Assembly: GCA_958296055.1 (NCBI GenBank)
Contig: CATQHS010000001.1
Location: 23,570-87,569 of the forward strand
Direction of reading: 5' to 3'
Source of the DNA: an uncultured Acidimicrobiales bacterium
GTDB taxonomy: Bacteria > Actinomycetota > Acidimicrobiia > Acidimicrobiales > Aldehydirespiratoraceae
DNA: 64,000 bases
This document shows positions 9,120 to 17,843 of this stretch, in pieces. Position numbers and translations under genes: made by a program. The notes under the pieces were generated by a model. That model saw nothing but the letters and a program-made list of their open reading frames with translations, made no database searches and had not been told where the DNA came from. Position 1 is the stretch's first letter, and every line of letters starts with the position of its first letter.

Positions 9120-10889
9120 CTACAGGTATTGGCCGGTCTGGACCCGCTCGATCGAGCGGCCCCCCTCGGGTTCGGCCTCGGAGGACACCAGGGTCCGAAC
9201 GAAAACGATCCGCTCCCCCTTCTTGCCGGAGATCTTGGCCCAGTCGTCGGGGTTGGTGGTGTTGGGCAGATCCTCGTGCTCCCTGAACTCCTGGCGGATG
9301 GAGGCCAGCAGATCCTCGACGTTTATGCCCCGCCCGCCACCCGCGATCTCGCGCTTGATGGCCAGCTTCTTGGCCCGGCGGACGACGCTCTCGACCATGG
9401 CCCCCGAGGCGAAGTCCCGGAAGTACATGATCTCCTTGTCGCCGTTCTGGTAGGTGACCTCCAAGAACTGGCTGGCCTCGTCGGCGCTGTACATCTCCTC
9501 GGCCGCTCGCTCGATCATCCCCTGGACCGCCTTGGCCGGGTCGCCGCCGCCGACGGTCTCCACCATCTCGGCGGCGATGGGCAGATCGGGCTTGAGGTAG
9601 CGGGCGAAGATGGCCGTCGCCGCCTCGGCGTCGGGCCGCTGGATCTTGATCTTCACGTCGAGGCGGCCCGGGCGCAGGATGGCCGGGTCGATGAGGTCCT
9701 CGCGGTTGGAGGCCCCGATCACGATCACGTTGCGCAGGGCCTCCACCCCGTCTATCTCGGCCAAGAGCTGGGGCACGATGGTGGACTCGATGTCGGAGCT
9801 GATCCCGCTGCCCCGGGTGCGGAACAGCGACTCCATCTCGTCGAAGAACACGATGACGGGCCAGCCCTGTTCGCTCTTCTCCCGGGCCCGCTGGAACACC
9901 AGCCGGATCTGGCGCTCGGTCTCGCCCACATACTTGTTGAGCAGTTCCGGCCCCTTGATGTTGAGGAAGAAGCTGCGGGCCTCGCGGTCTCCCGACACCT
10001 CGGCCACCTTGCCGGCCAGGCTGTTGGCCACGGCCTTGGCGATGAGCGTCTTGCCGCAGCCCGGGGGCCCGTAGAGCAGCACCCCCTTGGGGGCGGGCAG
10101 GTCGTAGTCGGCGAACAGGGCGCCGTGCAGGAACGGCAGCTCGACCGCGTCGGTGATCTGCTCGATCTGCTCGTCGAGCCCGCCCACGTCGGCGTAGGAG
10201 ACGTCGGGGACCTCCTCCAGTATGAGCTCCTCGACCTCGGGCCGGGGCAGGCGCTCCAGCACGATCCCGGCCCGGGAATCGACGAGCACCGTGTCGCCGC
10301 TGCGCAGGGGTTGGCCGTCCAGCCCGGCGGCCATCTCCACCACCCGCTCCTCGTCGGCCCGCCCCACCACTCGGACCCGGTCGCCCTCGGCCATCACCTC
10401 CTTGACGGTCGCCACCTCCCCGGTTCGGTCGGGATGGCGGGCCCGGACGATGTTGAGCGACTCGTTGAGCACCACCTCTCGGCCCCGAGTGAGGTCGGCC
10501 GCGATCTCGGGATCGACCGAGACCCTCATCTTGCGCCCGCCCGCAACGACGTCGACCGTGTCGTCGTCGTTGCGGCCCAGAACCGTGCCGTAACCGCTGG
10601 GGGGCTGGGTCAGCTTGTCCACCTTTTCGCGCATCTCGGCGAAGCGGTCCCGCTGATCCCGCAGCGCGGCCGCGAGCTTCTCGTTCTGGGCGGCGGCCCG
10701 AGTGAGCTGGCCCTTGGTCTCCAGCAGGCGCTCCTCCAGGGTGCGGATCCGCTTGGGCTCGTCGTGGTGGCGGCGCCGCAGGGCGGCCACCTCGTTGGCC
10801 AGCTCGGCCGCCCTCAGCCGGAGGCGCTCCAGCTCTCGTTTCTCTCGCTTCTCGTCGGAGTCCGATGGGATGGGATCGGTGTCGGGCAC
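9120..10889 (-). CDS. arc: Proteasome-associated AAA+ ATPase ARC/Mpa
   Basis: N-terminal coiled coil, [47 protein letters not shown]-terminal GQYL motif. Confidence 0.97.
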   Translation of the reverse strand: MPDTDPIPSDSDEKREKRELERLRLRAAELANEVAALRRRHHDEPKRIRTLEERLLETKGQLTRAAAQNEKLAAALRDQRDRFAEMREKVDKLTQPPSGYGTVLGRNDDDTVDVVAGGRKMRVSVDPEIAADLTRGREVVLNESLNIVRARHPDRTGEVATVKEVMAEGDRVRVVGRADEERVVEMAAGLDGQPLRSGDTVLVDSRAGIVLERLPRPEVEELILEEVPDVSYADVGGLDEQIEQITDAVELPFLHGALFADYDLPAPKGVLLYGPPGCGKTLIAKAVANSLAGKVAEVSGDREARSFFLNIKGPELLNKYVGETERQIRLVFQRAREKSEQGWPVIVFFDEMESLFRTRGSGISSDIESTIVPQLLAEIDGVEALRNVIVIGASNREDLIDPAILRPGRLDVKIKIQRPDAEAATAIFARYLKPDLPIAAEMVETVGGGDPAKAVQGMIERAAEEMYSADEASQFLEVTYQNGDKEIMYFRDFASGAMVESVVRRAKKLAIKREIAGGGRGINVEDLLASIRQEFREHEDLPNTTNPDDWAKISGKKGERIVFVRTLVSSEAEPEGGRSIERVQTGQYL

Positions 10890-10919
10890 GGCTCACCTCC
10901 CGCCTGGCCCAGGGTCGTC

Positions 10920-10942
10920 ACCCTAATAGCCGCCGCCGACAA
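10920..10942 (-). promoter_or_regulatory. PafBC-type (RecA-NDp) promoter upstream of arc
   Basis: Minus strand reads TTGTCGG-CGGCGGCTAT-TAGGGT, i.e. TGTCGG-N10-TAnnnT, followed by SD GGGAGGT and the arc start. Confidence 0.65.
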
Positions 10943-11124
10943 GGATACGACACCGGTTCGCGCCGAACGGGGCCACCGAGGCGGCCGCGGTGCCGGTCTC
11001 GCCAACATTGCAAAAAAAGACGGCGCCGGATTCACCGCATTCGGGCGTCGGGGTAGTTATGATGGCACCCACGAAACGGAGCGGGGCTGCTCCGCGACCG
11101 AGCGAGGTGAATCCCGTGAGCGCG

Positions 11125-11358
11125 ATGAAGGTCTGGATCGATCAGGATCTGTGCACTGGCGACGGCTTGTGCGAGGAGATAGCCCCCGACGTGTTCACCC
11201 TTCTCGACGACGGTCTCGCCTACGTGAGAGAAGACGACAAGGTGTTCTCCGACCCGGGCGGGCCCGAGGGTTTGGCCATCGTGCCCGACGGCCAGGAAGA
11301 GGCCGTGATCGAGTCGGCCGAGGAATGCCCCGGAGAGTGCATCTTCATCGAGGTGTGA
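11125..11358 (+). CDS. Monocluster ferredoxin
   Basis: MKVWIDQDLCTGDGLCEEIAPDVF...AEECPGECIFIE; SD-like GAGGTG upstream. Confidence 0.92.
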   Translation: MKVWIDQDLCTGDGLCEEIAPDVFTLLDDGLAYVREDDKVFSDPGGPEGLAIVPDGQEEAVIESAEECPGECIFIEV

Positions 11359-11364
11359 GCCTCC

Positions 11365-11384
11365 GGGTCCGAGCCGGGACCCGT
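11365..11384 (+). terminator. Hairpin downstream of the ferredoxin
   Basis: cgggtcc-gagccg-ggacccg inverted repeat between convergent genes. Confidence 0.45.
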
Positions 11385-11425
11385 CGGGCAACTCGTGATT
11401 CGAGCGCCATTCGAACCAGGTTCGG

Positions 11426-12226
11426 TCAGCGGCAGTCTGGGATCTCCGTTGGGGCGGCCAAGTCGCTGACCTCCAGCAGGCGCTGAAGCTCCGTGGCCCT
11501 GGTGGCGTAGGCCACGTCGGCGTCCCGGCGGGTGGCGGCGTAGGCCACGCCGACCACCACCCCGTCGCCGTCCACCAGCGCGGCGCCTGAGTCGCCCGAC
11601 TCGATCCGGGCCGCCACCAGCCACGACTTGCGCTCCACCCGTTCGTCGTCGCCCACCCTCTCGATGCGGACGGTCACGGGCCGGTCGATCCGAAACGGCG
11701 TCGGCTCGGGGGCGGCCTCGCCCTCCCAGCCCACCAGGGCGCCGACGGCGCCGTCGGCGGCGTCGCCGAGCTCGAGGGGGGCCAGGTCCGCGCCGGGCAC
11801 GGCCAGCACGGCCAAGTCGTTCACCGGGTCGAAGGCCACCGGCGCCCCCGCCAGCTTGCGGCCGTCGGCCAACTCCACCTGCGGTTCGTCCACCCCCAGC
11901 AGCAGGTGGGCGCTGGTGGCCACCAAGTCGGCGCCCACCGCGAAGCCGCTGCCCTCCCTGGTGACCCCGCAGGAGTGGCCGGTGACCCGAACGGTGGAGG
12001 CGACGACGGCCGATCGCCGCCAGTCGCTCATGCCGTCGTGGGCGGGCGCCGGGGGCGGGTCGGGGGGATCGTCCAGCGGGGCCCGCACCGTCGGGTCGGG
12101 CGGGGCCGGGGCCGGGGCGGGGGCGGGGGGGCTCTGGCACCCGGCGGCCAGCGCCGCGGCGACCGATGCGGCCGCGGCCAGGCGTCGAGCCCGACCGGTC
12201 GCGGGGGCAGCGGCTCGTTCGCTCAG
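11426..12226 (-). CDS. Trypsin-like serine protease, probable lipoprotein (MarP-like protease domain)
   Basis: Triad motifs TSAH, NDLAVL and ESGDSGAAL. The frame is open upstream of the GTG at 12088 and encodes RARRLAAAASVAAALAAG-C. Start uncertain (CTG at 12226 proposed). Confidence 0.8.
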   Translation of the reverse strand: MSERAAAPATGRARRLAAAASVAAALAAGCQSPPAPAPAPAPPDPTVRAPLDDPPDPPPAPAHDGMSDWRRSAVVASTVRVTGHSCGVTREGSGFAVGADLVATSAHLLLGVDEPQVELADGRKLAGAPVAFDPVNDLAVLAVPGADLAPLELGDAADGAVGALVGWEGEAAPEPTPFRIDRPVTVRIERVGDDERVERKSWLVAARIESGDSGAALVDGDGVVVGVAYAATRRDADVAYATRATELQRLLEVSDLAAPTEIPDCR

Positions 12227-12244
12227 GCCCCTAGCCCTCGCTGT

Positions 12245-13069
12245 TCACGGCGCCAGCAGGCGGGCGTGGGTCAAAAAGCCGGTGTGAGCGACCATCCGGT
12301 GGGCGGGGCGGACGGCCGCGCCGTCGATGTGCCAGCTCCGGTGCAGGACCTCGACGGTCTCGCCCATCCCGAACCCGGCGCCGTCGAGAGCGTCGCGCAT
12401 CCGGGCGGCCTGAACGATGCTGGGCGTGTAGGCCAGCAGGATCCCGCCGGGGCGCAGGGCTCGGGCGGCGTGGCCCGCCACCTGCCAGGGCTCGGGCAGA
12501 TCCAGGACGGCCCGGTCCAGGGCGGTCTCGTCGATGCCGGCGTAGGCGTCTCGGATCTGAGTGCGGTACCGCCCCATGGCCTCCGGCCCCAGGAAGCGCT
12601 CCACGTTGGCCCGGGCCCGCTCGCAGAAGTCCTCGCGCAGCTCGTAGCCGACCACCTCGGCTCCGGCCCGCAGCAGGGCGGCCGACAGGGCCCCAGACCC
12701 GAGGCCCGACTCGAACACCCGGGCGCCGGGGAAGATGTCGGCCAGCATCAGGATGGGGCCGAGATCCTTCGGGTACACCACTTGGGCCCCTCTGGGCATC
12801 TTCAGCACGAAGTCGCTCAGGGTGGGCCGCACCGCGGTGAAATAGACCCCCCGGCTCGATCGCAGCCGTTCCCCCTCGCCGGTCCCGATGATGGCACCGT
12901 GGTCGATCACCCCCGAGTGGGAATGAAACGAGGCCCCCTCGGCCAAGTCGAACAGGTAGCGGCGGCCTTTGCGGTCCACCAACAAGACCGGGTCCCCGAC
13001 CGCGAAAGAACAGCCGGCTGGCGGCGGAGGAGGGTCGCTCACGGCCGCGGGTGGTGGCGGGTCGCTCAC
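12245..13069 (-). CDS. trmI: tRNA (adenine-58-N1)-methyltransferase
   Basis: VLKMPRGAQVVYPKD, FESGLGSGAL, LDLPEPW, RPAHRMVAHTGFL; GTG at 13069 overlaps the upstream stop. Confidence 0.95.
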   Translation of the reverse strand: MSDPPPPAAVSDPPPPPAGCSFAVGDPVLLVDRKGRRYLFDLAEGASFHSHSGVIDHGAIIGTGEGERLRSSRGVYFTAVRPTLSDFVLKMPRGAQVVYPKDLGPILMLADIFPGARVFESGLGSGALSAALLRAGAEVVGYELREDFCERARANVERFLGPEAMGRYRTQIRDAYAGIDETALDRAVLDLPEPWQVAGHAARALRPGGILLAYTPSIVQAARMRDALDGAGFGMGETVEVLHRSWHIDGAAVRPAHRMVAHTGFLTHARLLAP

Positions 13070-13287
13070 GGCGGCGGGTGGTGGCTGATCACCATCCCTT
13101 CGCCGGGGTGCAGCCGCTCGGAGAGCACCACCGGCATCTCGCTGGCGCTGAGGGACTTGAGCAGCCGCTTGCGGACGAAGCCGGCCACGAAGACCGCGAA
13201 CCACAGCCTCGACCCGCCCAGAAGGCCGCGCTGGACCGCCCGGGATCGGATTCGGCCGCCCAGTCCTCCCGGCAGCCTCCACCCCAA
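13066..13287 (-). CDS. Small hypothetical membrane protein
   Basis: 73 aa (RGLLGGSRLWFAV...ERLHPGEGMVI); tightly packed in the operon with GTGA overlap into trmI. Confidence 0.7.
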   Translation of the reverse strand: MGWRLPGGLGGRIRSRAVQRGLLGGSRLWFAVFVAGFVRKRLLKSLSASEMPVVLSERLHPGEGMVISHHPPP

Positions 13288-13289
13288 CT

Positions 13290-13502
13290 TCAGATCCGCC
13301 TGATCTCGACGACGGTCGATCGCTTGCGCCCGGCCCGGCGCCCCAGCAGGAAGGCGACGACGGCTGCCGCGGCCAGGGCCACGGCCAGGACGGGAAGCAC
13401 TCGGGTGACCAGCGCCGGTATAGCCCGGTCGACCTCGCCCTGCAGGTCGCGGAAGGCGTCCTCCAGCGTGTCGCGGGTGATCTCCTCGCCGGTTTCGGTC
13501 AC
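13290..13502 (-). CDS. Small membrane-anchored hypothetical protein
   Basis: VTETGEEITRDTLEDAFRDLQG...AFLLGRRAGRKRSTVVEIRRI; GTG overlaps the upstream stop. Confidence 0.75.
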   Translation of the reverse strand: MTETGEEITRDTLEDAFRDLQGEVDRAIPALVTRVLPVLAVALAAAAVVAFLLGRRAGRKRSTVVEIRRI

Positions 13503-13822
13503 CCCAGGCTCCTCTTGTTGATGCCGCGAACCATCGCGTAGATCCCCGTGGCCAAGACCGCCGCGGTCACCAGGTACGGGATCCACGACAGGTTGCCCGC
13601 CAATGCCGTTCCGGTTTCGGTCTGGAGGGCCCGCAGAACGGCCAGCAGCATCGACACCGAGCCGAGGACGACCATCAGGCTCCCGGCTATGCCCATGGCC
13701 AGCCAGCGGGGTGCCGCGGCCAGCGGGTCGAGCAGCTCCTGGCGGGCGTACGCCTTGAGCAGCTCCGCCACTTCCTTCAGGTCCTTCTTGCGCGCCACGC
13801 ACCCCTCCCCGTCGGCTGACAC
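13499..13822 (-). CDS. Two-TM membrane protein, actinobacterial holin-X-like
   Basis: ELLKAYARQELLDPL followed by two hydrophobic helices; alternative start GTG 13798 after SD GGGGAGGGG. Confidence 0.7.
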   Translation of the reverse strand: MSADGEGCVARKKDLKEVAELLKAYARQELLDPLAAAPRWLAMGIAGSLMVVLGSVSMLLAVLRALQTETGTALAGNLSWIPYLVTAAVLATGIYAMVRGINKRSLG

Positions 13823-13884
13823 CCTAACCCTCGCTCATCCCCATTCGCGCCGTCTCCGCCGGACCGGGCTGGGGCGGCGGCCGG

Positions 13885-14511
13885 TCATCGGTCGCTCATC
13901 CCCATTCGCCCCCGCAGCAACTCGATCTGCTCGGACACCAGGCGGTTGACCAGTTCCGCTCTGGCCGCCGCGGTCGGGGCGCTGAGCACGGCGAAGCGAT
14001 CCAGCGGGCCGACGGGCGCCGCGGCCGCGGCCCCGTAGGCGGCCCGGCTCGGGTCGGCGCCCAGATTCACCGGGCCGGGCTCGGGCAGCCCGTGAACTCG
14101 GGCCATCAGGGTCCGGGCCTCGGCCACCAGTCCCGGTAGCTCGGCGGTCAGCCCCATGGTCTCGGGCGAGGGCTTGGCGTCGTCATCGTCGGGCCAGTCC
14201 TGCACCTCGGCCCGGGGGTAGGGGTCGTCGGCCAGCCACCGCCGCACCCGGATGCGGCTGATTCCCACGACCGTCACCCCCCATTGGCCTCCGCCGATGG
14301 GCATCGCCTCAAGCACCTGGGCCATGGTCCCGACATCGCAGCGAACGTCGCCGCCGCCGACCTCGCTGCCCCGCTCGATCAAGACCACCCCGAAGGTGCC
14401 GTCGCCGCCCAGCACCTCCTCGAGCATGGCCAGGTACCGGGGCTCGAACACCCGCAGCCCCAGCCGAGACTCCGGCAGCAACACCATGCCCAGCGGGAAC
14501 ATCGGGGTCAC
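13885..14511 (-). CDS. Stand-alone LON peptidase substrate-binding domain protein
   Basis: PMFPLGMVLLP, LRVFEPRY, FGVVLIERGSEVGGGD, WLADDPYPRA. Confidence 0.9.
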   Translation of the reverse strand: MTPMFPLGMVLLPESRLGLRVFEPRYLAMLEEVLGGDGTFGVVLIERGSEVGGGDVRCDVGTMAQVLEAMPIGGGQWGVTVVGISRIRVRRWLADDPYPRAEVQDWPDDDDAKPSPETMGLTAELPGLVAEARTLMARVHGLPEPGPVNLGADPSRAAYGAAAAAPVGPLDRFAVLSAPTAAARAELVNRLVSEQIELLRGRMGMSDR

Positions 14512-14574
14512 GGTTCGGTCACATCCAGCGGGAATGCCGTCGCCGGTCTTCTGCGTCGGGCCGGTCCGGGGCGG

Positions 14575-16200
14575 TCACCCGGCTGCGTCGGGTGCGGCTG
14601 CCTCCGGGGGGGCCGGCGCCCGAGCCGGCGCCGGGGTCACTTCGTCGGCGCTGGGTCCGTAGGGGTGGCCGGCGGTGGCGGTGATGATGGTTCGCTGAAG
14701 ATCGTTGCACAGTCCGAGGGCGCCGACGGCTTCGCCGTTGGCGATAACCGCGAAGGTGATCACGTCTCCGATAGCGGTCTCGGTGATCCCGGCCAGGGCG
14801 GTCACGTCGTTGAGGGTCCCGGTCTTGGCCCGGACCCTTCCGGTCACGGCCGGGTTGCGGCTGAGGCACTCGCTCAGGGTTCCGCTCTGGCCCACCTCGG
14901 CCAGGCCGTCCACCAGGGCCGAGTCCGGCCCGGCCCGGCGCAGCACTTCGGCGACCAGGGTGCAGGTGATCCGGTTGTAGGAGGACAGGCCCGAGCCGTC
15001 GCTGATGACGATTTCATCCAGCGACAGCCCGAACTCCTGCAGCACCCCGTAAATCCCGAACACCGCCGCCATCCGGGCCGATTCCAGTCCCGACCTGATC
15101 CCGATCTCCTTGAGCAGCATCTCGGCGATGGTGTTGTCGGAGTAAGAGAGCATGCGGGTGACGATCTCGTTCAAGGGGGGGGACTCCACCCGGCCCAGGG
15201 AGGTGCGCTCGTCGGGAATCCCAGGGGCGGTGCCTTTGCTGGTCCGGCTGCGGATGCGGAACTCGCGCGCTTCGAGGAGGTCGTCGAAGAGTTCGACGGC
15301 CTGGCGGGCCGGGTCCTCGGCCCTCACATTGGCCCGGCGGTTCGGCTCGTCCGGATAGGAGACGTAGCCGTCGTTCACCAGCAGGGCTGACAGGGGCCCG
15401 GCCTGGTTCTCAGTGAGGAAAGACGGCTTCCAGATCAGCGCGGCGGCGCCCTCGTCCTCGTTGTTCTCGTCCTCGTTGCCCCCGTCTTCTTCGTTGCCCT
15501 CGTTGTTCTCGTCTTCTTCGCCCGTAAAGACCGCGCCCGGCAGCTCTTGGGTGTAGTCGCGCTCCTCCTCGGGGTAGCGGGACTCGTCGGCCACCACCCC
15601 GCCGGTGATGGTGTCGACCCCGAGCCGGGTGAGCTCGGCCGCCACCTGCTCGGCCAGGTCGGTGATGTCGGTATAGACCCGAGGCTCGTCCCAGCGGTCG
15701 ACGTAGTCGGGCGTCGACAGCACCGGGTCGCCGTCGCCGACCAGGTACAGGTCGCCGTCCAAGACCCCGTCGGCTATCGAGTCCCGGGCTTCGGTGGTGA
15801 TGAACACCTCGGTGACGTAGGTGTCGTCGGGGCCGGCTAGTTCCAGGATGACCGCGGCGGTGAGGATCTTGTTGAGCGACGCCGGCACCAGCGGTTCGTC
15901 GCCCCGAACCTCGGTCACCAGTTCGTCGCCGCGGTAGGCCACCACGCAGGTGCGAGCCGGGGCCGAGGGCACCGACGCCACTCCTTCGACGGCCGAGGCC
16001 AGCCTCTGGTCGGTAATGTCGGAGACCAGCCACTCCGGCATCCGCCGGACGCTGAGCAGCGGCGTGGTCACGATCCGCTCGGGCGGCCCCGAGTAGGCGG
16101 CCCACTCGACCTCTGAGCCGGTGTCGGTGGATCGGGCCTGGTACAGGGCGACGGCGGCGAAGCCGAGCAGCAACACCGGGACCACCAGACGGCGAAACAC
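14575..16200 (-). CDS. dacB: D-Ala-D-Ala carboxypeptidase/endopeptidase (peptidase S13)
   Basis: N-terminal TM, PASLNK (SxxK), GDGDP, SDN, DGSGLS, KTGT. Confidence 0.92.
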   Translation of the reverse strand: MFRRLVVPVLLLGFAAVALYQARSTDTGSEVEWAAYSGPPERIVTTPLLSVRRMPEWLVSDITDQRLASAVEGVASVPSAPARTCVVAYRGDELVTEVRGDEPLVPASLNKILTAAVILELAGPDDTYVTEVFITTEARDSIADGVLDGDLYLVGDGDPVLSTPDYVDRWDEPRVYTDITDLAEQVAAELTRLGVDTITGGVVADESRYPEEERDYTQELPGAVFTGEEDENNEGNEEDGGNEDENNEDEGAAALIWKPSFLTENQAGPLSALLVNDGYVSYPDEPNRRANVRAEDPARQAVELFDDLLEAREFRIRSRTSKGTAPGIPDERTSLGRVESPPLNEIVTRMLSYSDNTIAEMLLKEIGIRSGLESARMAAVFGIYGVLQEFGLSLDEIVISDGSGLSSYNRITCTLVAEVLRRAGPDSALVDGLAEVGQSGTLSECLSRNPAVTGRVRAKTGTLNDVTALAGITETAIGDVITFAVIANGEAVGALGLCNDLQRTIITATAGHPYGPSADEVTPAPARAPAPPEAAAPDAAG

Positions 16201-16296
16201 CCTTGCATCGTAGGGGCATGGAGCGCCCGGAGCGCGCCGCCCGCCGTTCCGCCGCCGTTCCGCGCCTTGACGGGGCATCCTGGCTATGTTCGGGGG

Positions 16297-16683
16297 ATGG
16301 ACATCGTGGCTGCCCTGTTCATCGACGACATCGAGCTCCGGCCGGTCCCCGGTCCCTCCACCCGCATCGACCTCACCGGCGTCCAGTTCTCCGCCGCCGC
16401 GCCCGAGTCGCCTCCCCTGGTCTGGGCCCCCCATTTGGTGGTGATCGTCAGGTGCCGGCCCGACGAGCCGGGCCGGGGCGCGCTAGAAGTCACCTATCAC
16501 CGCGGCGACGAGCAGATCGCCCGCAACGTCCAAGCCCTCGCCGTGGACCCGGGCAAGTTCAACTACCGCCTGGTCCGAGCCGAGCTGGCCTTCGACGACT
16601 ACGGAACGGTCGAGGCCCGGTGCCGGATCGACGACGGGCCGGTGGTCGCCGTGCCCTACACGCTGCTGCCGCCGGTCGGGTGA
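16297..16683 (+). CDS. Hypothetical beta-rich protein
   Basis: 128 aa with typical GC3 codon usage; TATGTT 6 nt before the ATG; stop overlaps the FIST start. Confidence 0.75.
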   Translation: MDIVAALFIDDIELRPVPGPSTRIDLTGVQFSAAAPESPPLVWAPHLVVIVRCRPDEPGRGALEVTYHRGDEQIARNVQALAVDPGKFNYRLVRAELAFDDYGTVEARCRIDDGPVVAVPYTLLPPVG

Positions 16684-17843
16684 GGGCTCGGTACGGGGCG
16701 GCCGTCTCCGCTCACCCGGCGCCGGCCGAGGCGGCCGGCGCGGTCATCGGCGAGGTGATCGAGCAGGCGGGCCTGCAGCCGTCGGTGGCGGTGCTGTTCG
16801 TGTCGGGCGGCCATGTCGCCGCCTTCGACGACATAGCCTCCGCCGTCCGCCGGGCGCTGGAACCCGAAGTGATGGCCGGGGCCAGCGCAGTGAGCGTCAT
16901 CGGGGGCCCGACCGAGGTGGAGGACACCGCCGCGGTGTCGCTGTGGGCCGCCGACCTGGAAGGGGTCGGGCCGGTCCTTCCCGTTCGCCTGGAGGCGGTG
17001 ACCACCCCCGACGGCGCCGAGTTGGTGGGCATGCCCGCCGAGGCCTCCGATTCTGACCGCACCCTGGTCCTGATGGCCGACCCCTACACGTTCCCGGCCG
17101 ACGAGCTGCTGGACCACGCCGCCGAGCGGTATCCCACCCTGCGCGTCGTCGGCGGTCTGGCCTCGGCCGGCGGGCCGGGTTGGAACCGGCTGGCCTTCGA
17201 CGACGCCGTCTGCGCCGACGGCGCCGTAGGGGTGCTGTTGCCCGCGGGCGTGGGCGGCCGCTTCGTGGTGTCTCAGGGGTGCCGGCCGGTGGGCGCCCCC
17301 TACATCGTCACCGCCTCGGAGGGCAACGTGGTCGGCGAGCTGGGCGGCCGCCCGGCCCTGACCAGGCTGGCCGACCTGGTGAGAGCGGCCGATCCCGGCG
17401 AGAGGGAGCTGCTGAGCCGGGGCCTGCACATAGGCATGGTGATCGACGAGCACAAGGCCTCTTTCGGGCCCAACGACTTCCTCATCCGCGGCGTCCTGGG
17501 CGCCGATCGGTCCACCGGCGCGGTGGCCATCGGCGCGACGGCACCGGTGGGGTCCACGCTGCAGTACCACGTGCGCGACCGCGACACCGCCGACGCCGAT
17601 CTGCGGGCCATGCTGGCCGGCGCGGCCGGCGGCGCCGGCGCCCTGGTGTTCACCTGCAACGGCCGGGGGACGAATCTGTTCGGCGAGCCCCACCACGACG
17701 CCGCCCTGGTACACGAGGCCACCGGCGGCGGGGCCGTGGCCGGGATGTTCTGCGCGGGCGAGATGGGCCCGGTAGCCGGTCGCAACCACCTCCACGGGTT
17801 CACCGCCTCGGTTCTGCTGTTCGACTCGGGGGAGGATCGTTGA
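16680..17843 (+). CDS. FIST domain signal-transduction protein
   Basis: EVEDTAAVSLW, DPYTFP, VVGGLAS, VSQGCRPVG, DFLIRGVLG, FTCNGRG, GMFCAGEMGP, HGFTAS. Confidence 0.9.
   Translation: MRARYGAAVSAHPAPAEAAGAVIGEVIEQAGLQPSVAVLFVSGGHVAAFDDIASAVRRALEPEVMAGASAVSVIGGPTEVEDTAAVSLWAADLEGVGPVLPVRLEAVTTPDGAELVGMPAEASDSDRTLVLMADPYTFPADELLDHAAERYPTLRVVGGLASAGGPGWNRLAFDDAVCADGAVGVLLPAGVGGRFVVSQGCRPVGAPYIVTASEGNVVGELGGRPALTRLADLVRAADPGERELLSRGLHIGMVIDEHKASFGPNDFLIRGVLGADRSTGAVAIGATAPVGSTLQYHVRDRDTADADLRAMLAGAAGGAGALVFTCNGRGTNLFGEPHHDAALVHEATGGGAVAGMFCAGEMGPVAGRNHLHGFTASVLLFDSGEDR

Noticed and set aside
13499-13822. Holin-like gene as evidence of a prophage
   Set aside because: No phage genes nearby; this family is common in actinobacterial core genomes.
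16267-16290. TTGACG...TATGTT as a sigma-70 -35/-10 pair
   Set aside because: Spacer is only 12 bp; only the -10 element is retained as evidence.
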